Source of the DNA: Candidatus Woesearchaeota archaeon
Lineage (GTDB): Archaea > Nanobdellota > Nanobdellia > Pacearchaeales > GW2011-AR1
Length of the DNA stretch: 64,000 bases
Assembly: GCA_964493885.1 (NCBI GenBank)
Contig: CAZBPV010000003.1
Span: forward strand, 7,831 to 71,830
Direction: 5' to 3'
Of this stretch, positions 26,678 to 36,286 are shown in pieces (position 1 is the first letter of the stretch; every line of letters begins with the position of its first letter). The position numbers and the translations under genes are program-made. The notes beneath the pieces are model-generated. The model ran no database searches and was not told where the DNA came from. It saw only the letters and a list, made by a program, of their open reading frames with translations.

Positions 26678-27733
26678 TTATATACTTATCTTAATCTTTT
26701 GCGCTGGCTCTTGGACCAAAATTCCAGGTATTCTTTTATTTCTATAAACTTCTAAAAGAATAAGTAGATAAGCAAGAATTAATGGACCAAGGATAAATCC
26801 TAAAACTCCAAAGAATAAAAACCCACCAACCATTCCTATTAAAACTAATGAAGAAGGCATACTTACTCTACGTGAAACAAAGATTGGCTTAAGAATATTA
26901 TCAATAAATACTGCAATCAAACCAAAAATAGTTATCCCAATTGCAGCAATAGGATTGCCTATTACAAGAAGATATATTGCTACTGGAACCCATACTACTG
27001 TAGTCCCGATTATTGGCAATATTCCAGCTATGCAAGCCAAAATAGTTAATATTAATGCATTTGGAACTCCAAATATTAAAAATCCTGCACCAGTAATAAA
27101 ACCTTGAATTAATCCCATAATAATTTGCCCGTATAAAACAGATATTGTAATCCCCTTGGTTTGCTCGAATATTTTTTCTTCAACATCCCTTGAAAAGGGA
27201 AGAAGACTCTTGATATAGGAAATTAAATTTTCTTTATCCCTCAATACAAAATAAAAAGTGAAAAATGCAACACCAAATTGCATCAATAAAATTGGGAAAT
27301 TTAAAATAAATCCAGAGAAATAATTTACAAACGAATTTACACTTTTATTTACAAAAGAATAAATTATTGAACCAATTTCTCTTGAAAAATCTTGCGAAGC
27401 AAATATTGATGGTAAGATATTTTTAAGAGGGGTTACAAAATCCATTTGCTGAGTTGAGAAATAAATCTTAAGTGATTGATTAATTATAATAGGAGTAAGG
27501 AACCATATAGGTAAAATAAGCAAAATGATTAGTGCTACTGAAATGATGGTTGCTGAAAGGGTTCTTGATTTTAATTTTTTGCTCATCCAATCTTCAACAG
27601 GAGATAAAACAAATGCTAAAATGACTCCAAAGATTATTGCAATTAATATTGGCCTTAAAATAAAAAAAGATAAAACTATTAAGATTGCCAGAGCAATCAT
27701 AGTGACTATCTTTTTAAAATACGAATCATCCAT
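26678..27733 (-). CDS. AI-2E family (PerM/UPF0118) transporter
   Basis: 8 TM, typical length and topology; conserved glycine-rich C-terminal TMs. Confidence 0.65.
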   Translation of the reverse strand: MDDSYFKKIVTMIALAILIVLSFFILRPILIAIIFGVILAFVLSPVEDWMSKKLKSRTLSATIISVALIILLILPIWFLTPIIINQSLKIYFSTQQMDFVTPLKNILPSIFASQDFSREIGSIIYSFVNKSVNSFVNYFSGFILNFPILLMQFGVAFFTFYFVLRDKENLISYIKSLLPFSRDVEEKIFEQTKGITISVLYGQIIMGLIQGFITGAGFLIFGVPNALILTILACIAGILPIIGTTVVWVPVAIYLLVIGNPIAAIGITIFGLIAVFIDNILKPIFVSRRVSMPSSLVLIGMVGGFLFFGVLGFILGPLILAYLLILLEVYRNKRIPGILVQEPAQKIKISI

Positions 27734-27820
27734 GTTAATGTTACTGAGACGAGGTAGTTTAAATTTATAAAGTTTTGTAAATTAGAGAAGTTTTATAAAT
27801 TAACTAATAGATTTTATAAT

Positions 27821-28528
27821 ATGGATTTTATAAAAAAGACCATCGAGGGAAGAACAGATTTTGGTACTCATATTCAGTTTCAAAAGTTTAGCAAGGGGGA
27901 GTTTAAAAATAGGGCATTGATTAAAGCTAAAAATTCTTCTGGAAAATACTCTATAAATACTAGTGCAGAGTTTGCCAATGACTTAGTTAATGCTATGGCT
28001 AAAAAACTTGATGATAAAAAAACAAAAGTTACTGGTGCAATAGTTTCAACTGCAAATTTAAAGGGAAAAATTGATTTTGTAGAAATTAAGCAATTTCAAG
28101 GAGTAAAAAGATATTTAATTGACAAGGAAATGTCTGGGAAAGAAATTTTATCTTTATTAAATGAATTCCCAAAAAACTTTTTTGCATTAAGCTTTGAGGT
28201 AGAAGAAAACAAATTAAAAATCAAGGCAAAAGCTCCTAAATCTGCTAAGCCAGGGAGCAAGAAAGATGAAATGCCTAAAGTAGATTTTTGCTCTTTAAAA
28301 ACAAATGATAAGTCAATTGCAGAAGATTTTATCTTTGAAAAACCAGATTTTAAAGAAGCTGAGATAAATCATACCTTTCTAATTGAACATATTATAATTC
28401 CAGATGAGCTTAAGAACAGCAAAGATTTTGCAAAAATACGAGAAGAATCTAAAAGAAAAGGAAAGATAATAAGGAAGTCTAAAATTAATGGGATAGAGTC
28501 AGTAAAAGAGTATGGTTTTGAAGCGTAA
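27821..28528 (+). CDS. Hypothetical protein
   Basis: 235 aa, Lys-rich, no recognised motif. Lies upstream of the r-protein cluster. Confidence 0.5.
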   Translation: MDFIKKTIEGRTDFGTHIQFQKFSKGEFKNRALIKAKNSSGKYSINTSAEFANDLVNAMAKKLDDKKTKVTGAIVSTANLKGKIDFVEIKQFQGVKRYLIDKEMSGKEILSLLNEFPKNFFALSFEVEENKLKIKAKAPKSAKPGSKKDEMPKVDFCSLKTNDKSIAEDFIFEKPDFKEAEINHTFLIEHIIIPDELKNSKDFAKIREESKRKGKIIRKSKINGIESVKEYGFEA

Positions 28529-28613
28529 AAACCTTTAAAAAGCCCCTTTTTCTAAGTATTTTATTCCAGGGTAAGAAAAATGATAAGTTCCGCTTTATCT
28601 AGAAATATAACAA

Positions 28614-29555
28614 ATGGCAAAAATAAGTGCGCCGAGAAAAGGAAGCCTGCAATACTGGCCGAGAAAGAGAGCGAGTAAAATCTTACCTAGTGTAAACTGG
28701 GGCACAATTTCTTCTAAAAAACCTCTAAAGGGTTTTATATGCTATAAATGCGGGATGGCTACTGCTATTACAAAGGATAATACTCCTGATTCAATGACTA
28801 AAGGAAAAGAGATTGCTATGCCAATAACAATTCTTGAATGCCCTACAATGAAGATTCTTTCAGTTAGATTTTATAAAAACGGGATTACAATGAAAGATAT
28901 TGTCTCTGATAATTTAGATAAAGAACTTAAAAGGGTAATTAAAATTCCAAAAAAAGCAGGCAAAAAAATAGAGGATATAAAGCCAGAAGATTATGATGAT
29001 GTTACTATAATTGCATATTCTCAACCTAAAAAAACAGGAGTAAAAAAAACTCCGGACATAATTGAAATTGGTTTACAAGGAAGTAAGGAAGAAAAAATTA
29101 AATTTATTAAAGAAAACTTATCTAAAGAATTATCTGTATTAGATTTTTTTGAAAAGGGGGGGTTAGTAGATTTAAGAGGAGTTACTAAGGGAAGAGGTTT
29201 TCAAGGTCCTGTAAAGAGATTTGGAATTAAATTGAGGCACCATAAGTCTGAAAAAGGAGTTAGAAAAGTTGGAAGCATTGGCCCGTGGCATCCTTCCAGA
29301 GTAACATTCAGAGTTCCGATGGCAGGACAGACTGGAATGAACACAAGAATTGTATATAATAATAAGATACTTGAAATTGGAAAATCCCAAGGGAAATTCA
29401 AGAATATCAGCAATTATGGAAATGTTCAAGCAGACTATATGCTTATTAGAGGTTCTGTTCTAGGCCCTGCAAAAAGACAATTAGTTTTAAATAGCTCTGC
29501 AAGACCTACTAAAAAACAATTAAAAAAATCTTTTGAAATTATTAAAATAATATGA
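28614..29555 (+). CDS. rpl3: Ribosomal protein L3 (uL3)
   Basis: N-terminus MAK..PRKGSLQYWPRKRA and first position of the conserved cluster. Confidence 0.9.
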   Translation: MAKISAPRKGSLQYWPRKRASKILPSVNWGTISSKKPLKGFICYKCGMATAITKDNTPDSMTKGKEIAMPITILECPTMKILSVRFYKNGITMKDIVSDNLDKELKRVIKIPKKAGKKIEDIKPEDYDDVTIIAYSQPKKTGVKKTPDIIEIGLQGSKEEKIKFIKENLSKELSVLDFFEKGGLVDLRGVTKGRGFQGPVKRFGIKLRHHKSEKGVRKVGSIGPWHPSRVTFRVPMAGQTGMNTRIVYNNKILEIGKSQGKFKNISNYGNVQADYMLIRGSVLGPAKRQLVLNSSARPTKKQLKKSFEIIKII

Positions 29556-29607
29556 AAGCAAATATAAAATTTTCATTCATCCAGATTAAACATAGAGGAA
29601 AATCAGA

Positions 29608-30402
29608 ATGAAAGCCAAAATACTAGAGATAAATGGAAAGGAAAAAGGAACAATTGAACTTCCTAGTTGCTTTTCTAGCAATATAAGGGAAGACATTGTA
29701 TCTAAGATTGTTGAAGCTAAAAAAAGAGAACAACCTTATTCTCCGTCTCCAATGGCTGGGAAACAACATGCAGCTAAAGGAAAAGTAGTCCATAGAAGAC
29801 ATGTTTGGAGAAGTGGTTATGGAAGAGGTATGTCAAGAGTTCCTAGAAAAATATTTTCTCAAAAAGGTTCACAATTTAATTGGGAGGCAGCAGAAGTTCC
29901 ATTTGCAAGAGGTGGAAGAAGAGCTCATCCTCCAAAGATTATCGCAAGAATGAATCCTCTAAAAATAAATAAAAAAGAGATGAGAATAGGTTTACAATCT
30001 GCATTAAGTGCTACGGCAAATCAAACAGAAATGTCAAAGAGATATGAAAGATTAAAAGACAAAAAAATAGAAAAATTGCCATTTGTTGCAGAATCAAAAA
30101 TAACTTCATTAAAATTTAAGGAATTACTTTCAGGATTAAAAAATATTCTTGGGGGATTATTTGAGCTAGCAATAAAAAAGAAAAAAGTAAGAAGTGGTAA
30201 GGGGAAATTAAGAGGAAGAAAATACAAAAGCAATGCTGGTTTACTTATTGTTATAGGAAATGATGAAAAAATGAATACAAGCAGATTTGATGTTAAAAAA
30301 GCAAAAGATGTTAATATTTTAGATTTAGCTAGAGGGGGATTAGGGAGATTAACACTTTATACTGAAAAAGCAATTAAAAATCTTGGAGAAAGATGCAAAT
30401 GA
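29608..30402 (+). CDS. rpl4: Ribosomal protein L4 (uL4, L1e)
   Basis: Family match and cluster position. Confidence 0.9.
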   Translation: MKAKILEINGKEKGTIELPSCFSSNIREDIVSKIVEAKKREQPYSPSPMAGKQHAAKGKVVHRRHVWRSGYGRGMSRVPRKIFSQKGSQFNWEAAEVPFARGGRRAHPPKIIARMNPLKINKKEMRIGLQSALSATANQTEMSKRYERLKDKKIEKLPFVAESKITSLKFKELLSGLKNILGGLFELAIKKKKVRSGKGKLRGRKYKSNAGLLIVIGNDEKMNTSRFDVKKAKDVNILDLARGGLGRLTLYTEKAIKNLGERCK

Positions 30403-30653
30403 AAAAAACAATTACATTGAGGCCATTAATAACTGAAAAAGCAGTAATGCTTATTGAAAGTAATAATGTCTTGACATTTGAGACTGAAAAAGAAAGAAAC
30501 AAAGACGAAATAAAAAAAGAAGTTGAAAGTACATTGAGTGTGAAGGTGGATAAAATTCAAACTCTTATTAAAGACAATAAAAAATATGCTTATGTTAAAT
30601 TAAAAAAAGAATTTCCAGCAATGGATCTTGCTACAAAATTAGGGATGATATAA
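30393..30653 (+). CDS. rpl23: Ribosomal protein L23 (uL23)
   Basis: 86 aa, family match and cluster position. Confidence 0.9.
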   Translation: MQMKKTITLRPLITEKAVMLIESNNVLTFETEKERNKDEIKKEVESTLSVKVDKIQTLIKDNKKYAYVKLKKEFPAMDLATKLGMI

Positions 30654-30654
30654 A

Positions 30655-31353
30655 ATGGGAAAAAGGATAATCCAACAAAGACGAGGAAGAGGAAGCAACA
30701 CTTATAGAGTTAGAAGGCAAGCATTCAGATATAAAATTAGATATCCAAGGGAATTATCTGGAGAAGGAGTTGTTATTAAATTGTTAAATTCTCCAGCTCA
30801 TACTTCTCCATTAGCAAAAATAAAATATAACAAAGGAGTATTTTACATTCCTGCATTTAAAGGAATGATAGAAGGGCAGAAAGTTAGTTTTGGGGGAAAA
30901 GAAATTAAGGAAGGAAATATTCTTCAATTAAAAGATATTCCAATGAAAACACGAATTTATAATATTGAATCACGACCAGGAGACGGAGGAATTTTTATCA
31001 GAACTGGGGGAAATTGTGCTGAAATAAGCAAGATTATAGAGAATGATGTATTTGTATTGCTTCCTTCAAAAAAAGAAAGAAAATTTAATCCTGGATGCAG
31101 AGCTACTATCGGAGAGATTGCAGGCTCTGGAAGATTAAAAAAACCAATAATCAAAGCTGGAAAAATGCACTATATGATGAGAGCTAAAAATAGATTATGG
31201 CCGAGAACATCTGCAGTTAAGATGAATGTTGTTGATCATCCGTTTGGCTCAGGTAGAGGTAAGAGAATTAAGTCAAAAATTGCTAAGAGAAATGCTCCTG
31301 CTGGAAGAAAGGTAGGACTAATAAGACCGCAAAGAACAGGTAAAAGGAAATAA
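30655..31353 (+). CDS. rpl2: Ribosomal protein L2 (uL2)
   Basis: MGKRIIQQRRGRGS N-terminus and conserved C-terminal GGRKVG region. Confidence 0.95.
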   Translation: MGKRIIQQRRGRGSNTYRVRRQAFRYKIRYPRELSGEGVVIKLLNSPAHTSPLAKIKYNKGVFYIPAFKGMIEGQKVSFGGKEIKEGNILQLKDIPMKTRIYNIESRPGDGGIFIRTGGNCAEISKIIENDVFVLLPSKKERKFNPGCRATIGEIAGSGRLKKPIIKAGKMHYMMRAKNRLWPRTSAVKMNVVDHPFGSGRGKRIKSKIAKRNAPAGRKVGLIRPQRTGKRK

Positions 31354-31354
31354 A

Positions 31355-31756
31355 ATGGCAGAAATAATAACAAAAAAACAATTTTTATATAGGGGAAAAT
31401 CACTGGAAGAACTTCAGGCAATGGAGGTTAGAGAGTTTGCTAAACTCTTAAAATCTCGAAGAAAAAGAAATGTCTTAAGACAATTCCAGAAAATTGAGGA
31501 TTTTATAAACAGGGCTAAGATAAAACTCTCAAAGAATAAGCCAATAAAAACTCATCAAAGGGATTTAACAATTGTTCCTCAGATGATTGGGATGAGAATA
31601 GGTACTTATAATGGCAGAGAATTTGTTCCAGTAGATGTTGTGGCTGAGATGCTGGGGCATGTATTAGGAGAATTTTCAAACACAAGAAGTAAAGTAAAAC
31701 ACGGTGCTGCAGGTGTTGGATCTACTAAAGGTACAAAATCTCAGTCTAAACACTAG
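31355..31756 (+). CDS. rps19: Ribosomal protein S19 (uS19)
   Basis: NGREFVPVDVVAEMLGHVLGEFSNTR signature. Confidence 0.9.
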   Translation: MAEIITKKQFLYRGKSLEELQAMEVREFAKLLKSRRKRNVLRQFQKIEDFINRAKIKLSKNKPIKTHQRDLTIVPQMIGMRIGTYNGREFVPVDVVAEMLGHVLGEFSNTRSKVKHGAAGVGSTKGTKSQSKH

Positions 31757-31760
31757 AAAC

Positions 31761-32399
31761 ATGACAGAAAAAAACTACAATCCAGAACAAAGAACAATGA
31801 AAAAAGTAGGAATAATTGGAAAAAAGAAAAAGGAAAAGGCTCCAAAAAAGCAAAAGGCAGAGATAAAAGAAATCAAACAACCAGAGCAGGAGATAAAAAA
31901 ACAATCTGAGATGAATGTTGAAACAAAAGCACTGGAAAAAACAGAACAACCTAAGGAAGAAAAGAAAAAAGAAACCCCAAAACCAGTAATTAAAAAAAGT
32001 GAAGCCACTGTAAATGCTACTTCATTACCTATTTCAACAAAAGTATCTTCAGCTATATGTAAATTTATCAAGGGAAAAACAATAGAGGATGCAATTAAAG
32101 ATTTAGAGTTAGTTATAAAAAAGAAAAAAGTTCTTCCAATGACTGGGGAAATTCCTCATAGAAAAGGAAAAGGAATAATGTCTGGGGGATACCCGCAAAA
32201 TGCATCTAAAGAATTTATAATTTTATTAAAAGGGCTTGCAGGTAATGCGAATGTAAATGGAATAGAAGAGCCAGTAATAGTTGAAGCAGTTCCAAACATG
32301 GCAGCCAGGCCTATGGGTTCATTTGGGAGAGTAAGAAGAAAAAGAACTCATGTAAAATTAGTAGCTAAAGAAAAAATGGAGATAAAGAAAAATGGATGA
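31761..32399 (+). CDS. rpl22: Ribosomal protein L22 (uL22) with about 70-aa Lys/Glu-rich N-terminal extension
   Basis: The C-terminal 140 aa match uL22. Start chosen at the Met after the S19 stop; the track ORF starts at 31704 and overlaps S19. Confidence 0.85.
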   Translation: MTEKNYNPEQRTMKKVGIIGKKKKEKAPKKQKAEIKEIKQPEQEIKKQSEMNVETKALEKTEQPKEEKKKETPKPVIKKSEATVNATSLPISTKVSSAICKFIKGKTIEDAIKDLELVIKKKKVLPMTGEIPHRKGKGIMSGGYPQNASKEFIILLKGLAGNANVNGIEEPVIVEAVPNMAARPMGSFGRVRRKRTHVKLVAKEKMEIKKNG

Positions 32400-33090
32400 A
32401 AGAAAGATAATTGGGTTTAAAAAAGATGAATTTGCAATAAAAGAATATATTAAAGAATCACTTGGAAAAGGAAAAGTTAGTAAGGTAAACATCTCTTATA
32501 CTCCAATCGGAGAAAAAATAACTGTTTCAACTCACAAACCAGGGTTAGTTATTGGGAGAAAAGGGGAGAGGATAGAAGAGCTTACTAGAGTATTAAAGAC
32601 GCGGTTTAAACTTGAAAATCCACATATTGAAATTGATGAAATTAAAAAGCCTGAATTTGATGCTCAACTAATGGCAGATGAAATTGCATTAGGACTTGAA
32701 AGATTGGGACCATTAAAATTTAAAGTTTTGGCATATAGGACTCTACAAAAGATAATGAATGCCGGAGCCCTAGGAACTGAAATAAGACTTCATGGGAAAC
32801 TCCCAAGTGCAAGAGCCAAGCAATGGAGATTTGCGCAAGGATACATAAAGAAAACAGGGGATGCTGCAAAAGTTGTTGACAGGGCCCAATCACGAGCAGA
32901 AACAAGGCCCGGGACTGTGGGAGTAAGGGTAGCAATCCTTTCTCCAGATGCAAAATTGATTGATAGAATAAATATAGATGAATCTATGATTAGCAAATTA
33001 AAATTAAATTCTGTTGAAGAAGAAATTGAAAAACCAAAGAAAAAAACTAGAAAAAAGACAGAAAAAAAGGTAGAAAATGATAAAGAATAA
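32392..33090 (+). CDS. rps3: Ribosomal protein S3 (uS3) with Lys-rich C-terminal tail
   Basis: KH domain (GLVIGRKGERI) and S3 C-domain. Confidence 0.9.
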   Translation: MDERKIIGFKKDEFAIKEYIKESLGKGKVSKVNISYTPIGEKITVSTHKPGLVIGRKGERIEELTRVLKTRFKLENPHIEIDEIKKPEFDAQLMADEIALGLERLGPLKFKVLAYRTLQKIMNAGALGTEIRLHGKLPSARAKQWRFAQGYIKKTGDAAKVVDRAQSRAETRPGTVGVRVAILSPDAKLIDRINIDESMISKLKLNSVEEEIEKPKKKTRKKTEKKVENDKE

Positions 33091-33283
33091 AGAAATAAAA
33101 AACATGAATAGAGAAGATAGAGAGAAAAAGTTAAAAGAACTAAAATTAGAATTAGTAAAAGCTAAAGTAACTGCTTCAAAAGCAGGAAGTTCAAAAGTAA
33201 AAGAAGTTAAAAGAACCATAGCAAAATTGCTTACATTCAACAAATCCGAAGATGAAAAATCAAAGGAGAAGTTGAACAAATAA
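33077..33283 (+). CDS. rpl29: Ribosomal protein L29 (uL29)
   Basis: 68 aa coiled-coil, cluster position. Confidence 0.85.
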   Translation: MIKNKEIKNMNREDREKKLKELKLELVKAKVTASKAGSSKVKEVKRTIAKLLTFNKSEDEKSKEKLNK

Positions 33284-33289
33284 ATACCT

Positions 33290-33589
33290 ATGGAAATAGA
33301 TCCAAAGACAGGATTGCCTATACAGGCAATTGAATGGGAAGACCTCGCGAAGAGTTCGCAAAAAATAAAGGTAACAACAGACAAGAAAAGATATGGAAAG
33401 ATTGTTACCATAGTGAGCGGGTTTGATAAAGGAATCGACATAAAAAAAACCGCTAAAGCTCTGAAAAATGAGCTTGCCTGTGGAGGAACCTCAAAAGATG
33501 GGGTAATAGAACTCCAAGGGGACCACAGAAAGAAAATCAAACCAACCCTGGTAAGGATTGGGTTTGATGAGAACTCAATAGAGGAATAA
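33290..33589 (+). CDS. sui1: Translation initiation factor SUI1 (aIF1)
   Basis: ACGGTSKDGVIELQGDHR signature. Confidence 0.9.
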   Translation: MEIDPKTGLPIQAIEWEDLAKSSQKIKVTTDKKRYGKIVTIVSGFDKGIDIKKTAKALKNELACGGTSKDGVIELQGDHRKKIKPTLVRIGFDENSIEE

Positions 33590-33609
33590 AACCTTTCAGA
33601 AAAAACAAA

Positions 33610-33948
33610 ATGACAAAGAAAAAAGAAAAAACAGAGAGTAAAATCCAAGAGGAAAAAATAGCTGGGGCTATAGAAGAAAAAAGAATTGGAACTCGAGGAA
33701 GAATCTTTGAGGGAAAAGTCATTAGAAAATTCCCTAAAAGAGTAACAATAGAATTTGAAAGAATGATTTATGTAAAAAAATATGAAAGATATGCTAAATC
33801 AAGAACAAAGATTCACGCAAGACTTCCTGAAATCCTGGAAAAAGAAATTAATCTTGGAGATTTAATACAGGTTCAAGAATGCAGACCATTAAGTAAAATA
33901 ATCCATTTTATAGTCACTAAAAAAATTAAAGAAGGGAGCATAAAATGA
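33610..33948 (+). CDS. rps17: Ribosomal protein S17 (uS17)
   Basis: OB-fold pattern with C-terminal ECRPLSK motif. Confidence 0.9.
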   Translation: MTKKKEKTESKIQEEKIAGAIEEKRIGTRGRIFEGKVIRKFPKRVTIEFERMIYVKKYERYAKSRTKIHARLPEILEKEINLGDLIQVQECRPLSKIIHFIVTKKIKEGSIK

Positions 33949-33966
33949 AGCAAAAAAATAAATTTT

Positions 33967-33987
33967 TAGCTCATTCGTCAACAGGAG
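33967..33987 (+). promoter_or_regulatory. Conserved element TAGCTCATTCGTC-N2-CAGGAG in the S17-L14 gap
   Basis: The identical 13-mer plus CAGGAG also occurs in the L5-S14 gap (36025-36046). An AT-rich TATA-like stretch lies 10 nt upstream, and the GGAG could serve as a Shine-Dalgarno. Confidence 0.3.
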
Positions 33988-33994
33988 TTGCCAA

Positions 33995-34396
33995 ATGAAG
34001 GCTATAAGTGCTAGAACAACTGGCGGAGTGAATTTAGGAGCTGAATTAGTAGTTGCCGACAATAGTGGAGCAAAGATAGCCAGGCTAGTGGCAGTAAAAA
34101 AATTCAAAGCTAAAAAAAGAAAGCAAGTAAATGGGAAAGTTGCTGACTGGATAAAAGTAAGTATAAGAAAAGGCAATCCTGAAATGAAAGGAAAAGTTTT
34201 TGATGCAGTAATAATAAGATTAAAGAAACCTTATAGAAGATTAAATGGGGAGAGAGTGGGTTTTGAAGACAATGCAGTGGCTATACTTAAAGATGATAAA
34301 GGAAATCCAAAAGGAACCCAGATTAAAGGGCCAGTAGCAAGGGAGGTTATGGAGCGTTGGCCATCAGTGGCTAAAATAGCTTCAATAATATATTAA
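33995..34396 (+). CDS. rpl14: Ribosomal protein L14 (uL14)
   Basis: Family match (ADNSGAK...). Confidence 0.95.
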   Translation: MKAISARTTGGVNLGAELVVADNSGAKIARLVAVKKFKAKKRKQVNGKVADWIKVSIRKGNPEMKGKVFDAVIIRLKKPYRRLNGERVGFEDNAVAILKDDKGNPKGTQIKGPVAREVMERWPSVAKIASIIY

Positions 34397-34397
34397 A

Positions 34398-34808
34398 ATG
34401 AAAAAAGAATTTTCAACAACATGGAAGGCGAGCAAGCTGCCAAGGAAGCAAAGAAAATTTAGATATAATGCTCCATTACACTTAAGGAAAAAATTTGTGA
34501 GTGTTAATCTTTCAAAAGAATTAAGAGAAAAATATGGAAAAAGAAATATTCCAGTTAAAAAAGGAGATACTATAAAAATTATGAAGGGGAAATTTAAGAA
34601 AAAAACAGGAAAAATTTTAGAAGTTGATTTAAAGAAGTCAAAAGTAAAAGTTGAAGGAATCCAGGTAAAGAAACACGATGGTTCAAATGTTGGCGTCAGA
34701 CTTCAACCTTCAAATTTACAAATAATAGAATTAGAGTTGGGAGATAAAAATAGAGAATCAAAATTTAAGAAAAAAATTGAAAAGGAAAAGTCAGGAGAAT
34801 CAAAATGA
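34398..34808 (+). CDS. rpl24: Ribosomal protein L24 (uL24)
   Basis: KOW motif KKGDTIKIMKGKFKKKTGKI. Confidence 0.9.
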   Translation: MKKEFSTTWKASKLPRKQRKFRYNAPLHLRKKFVSVNLSKELREKYGKRNIPVKKGDTIKIMKGKFKKKTGKILEVDLKKSKVKVEGIQVKKHDGSNVGVRLQPSNLQIIELELGDKNRESKFKKKIEKEKSGESK

Positions 34809-35455
34809 AACATATGAAAAGACAATCAGCTCCAAAAAGCTGGCCAATAAAGAAGAAGGGAACAGCCTACATAGTTAGCCCTACTTTTGGGGGGCAGAAT
34901 GGAGTCCCACTTTTAGTTGTGCTAAGGGACATGCTTAAAGTTGCTAAAAACAGAAAAGAAGTCAAAAAATCAATACATGAAAAGAAAATCCTAATAAATG
35001 GCAAGCTAGCGATAGAAGAAAGAGCAGGAATATTATTATTTGATAAAATAACAATCATCCCAACAAAAAAGAATTATAGTTTAGGATTGTCAGACAAAGG
35101 TAAATTTATGATAAATGTAATAAAAGAAAATGAAGCTGGGAAAAAAGTTGCTAAAATTACTAATAAGACAATTCTTAAGGAGAAAAAGGTTCAATTAAAT
35201 TTAGGAGATGGAAGAAATTTTATTTCAGATATTAAATGCAATATTAATGATTCGGTTGTAGTAAATTTCAAAGATAAAAAAATTGAAAAGTGCCTTCCAA
35301 TGAAAGATGGCTCAAGGATAATTGTTTTTGCTGGAAAACACTCTGGATATACTGGAAAAATATTAAAAATAAATCCAGAAAGAAAAATGGCATCAATTGA
35401 TTCAGATGGCAAGAAAATTAATGTTTTAATTAAACAAATAATGGTAGTGGAATAA
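34805..35455 (+). CDS. rps4e: Ribosomal protein S4e
   Basis: N-terminus MKHMKRQSAPKSWPI and cluster position. Confidence 0.9.
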   Translation: MKHMKRQSAPKSWPIKKKGTAYIVSPTFGGQNGVPLLVVLRDMLKVAKNRKEVKKSIHEKKILINGKLAIEERAGILLFDKITIIPTKKNYSLGLSDKGKFMINVIKENEAGKKVAKITNKTILKEKKVQLNLGDGRNFISDIKCNINDSVVVNFKDKKIEKCLPMKDGSRIIVFAGKHSGYTGKILKINPERKMASIDSDGKKINVLIKQIMVVE

Positions 35456-35456
35456 A

Positions 35457-36005
35457 ATGATAGATAAAAAAAATAACAAAATGAGAAATATTCGAATAGA
35501 AAAAGTAGTACTAAGCGTAGGTGGAACAGGAGATATTCTTGAAAAAGGGGTAAAATTATTAAAACTTTTAACTGGAAGAACCCCTTCAAGAAGAAAGTCA
35601 AGAAAAAGAATTCCTACACTAGGAGTAAGGCCAGGACTTGAAGTTGGAGCAGTTATTACAATAAGAAAAAATCCAGAAGAAGTTATAAAGAAAATGCTTA
35701 TTGCAGTAGATAATATAATAAGAAAAAGACAAATAAGCGAGAATAACTTTTCTTTTGGGATAAAAGAGTACCTTGAAATACCTGGAGTAGAGTATCAAAG
35801 AGATATCGGAATTTTAGGATTAGATGTTACAATTGTTTTTAAAAGGGCTGGAAGAAGAGTAAGCCTTAGAAAAATAAAAAAAGGAAAAGTTTCAAAAAGA
35901 CAGGTAATTACAAGACAAGAAATAATCCAATTTATGGAAGATAATTTTCAAACTAAATTTGTAGGTAAGCTAAAGGAACCAAAGAAATTGGAGGAATTCA
36001 AATGA
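35457..36005 (+). CDS. rpl5: Ribosomal protein L5 (uL5)
   Basis: Family match and cluster position. Confidence 0.9.
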   Translation: MIDKKNNKMRNIRIEKVVLSVGGTGDILEKGVKLLKLLTGRTPSRRKSRKRIPTLGVRPGLEVGAVITIRKNPEEVIKKMLIAVDNIIRKRQISENNFSFGIKEYLEIPGVEYQRDIGILGLDVTIVFKRAGRRVSLRKIKKGKVSKRQVITRQEIIQFMEDNFQTKFVGKLKEPKKLEEFK

Positions 36006-36024
36006 AACAAGAAATTAAAATTCC

Positions 36025-36046
36025 TAGCTCATTCGTCTTCCAGGAG
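36025..36046 (+). promoter_or_regulatory. Second copy of the TAGCTCATTCGTC-N2-CAGGAG element (L5-S14 gap)
   Basis: See 33967-33987. The conservation is at nucleotide level in different reading frames, so it is not a shared peptide. Confidence 0.3.
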
Positions 36047-36054
36047 GAATTCAA

Positions 36055-36285
36055 ATGACTGCAAGTGATTGGAGAAAGATATTAAAACAATTAAAAAGCA
36101 AACCAGTAATAAGAGATAAATTCCTAAAACATAACAAACCAAAAGAAAGAAAAATTGGAATAGCAGTTAAAAAATGCGAGAGATGCGGAAGATTTGGCGC
36201 CCACATCAGTTCATATGGATTAAATTTATGCCGACATTGCTTCAGGGATATTGCTGAAGAGATCGGTTTTCAAAAATATAGTTAA
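36055..36285 (+). CDS. rps14: Ribosomal protein S14 (uS14, zinc type) with N-terminal extension
   Basis: CERCGR...CRHCFR zinc-binding core. Confidence 0.85.
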   Translation: MTASDWRKILKQLKSKPVIRDKFLKHNKPKERKIGIAVKKCERCGRFGAHISSYGLNLCRHCFRDIAEEIGFQKYS

Positions 36286-36286
36286 A

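Noticed and set aside
29172-33722. Numerous 60-214-aa minus-strand ORFs inside the ribosomal cluster (e.g. 31775-32071, 33004-33648)
   Set aside because: All are antisense to well-supported r-protein genes and have Phe/Leu/Ser-rich low-complexity translations typical of AT-rich antisense frames.
33945-36057. Two 17-18-codon mini-ORFs (MKQKNKFLAHSSTGVAK, MKQEIKIPSSFVFQEEFK) bridging the S17-L14 and L5-S14 gaps
   Set aside because: The shared 13-nt element is read in different frames in the two, so the conservation is nucleotide-level. They are reported as a regulatory element instead.
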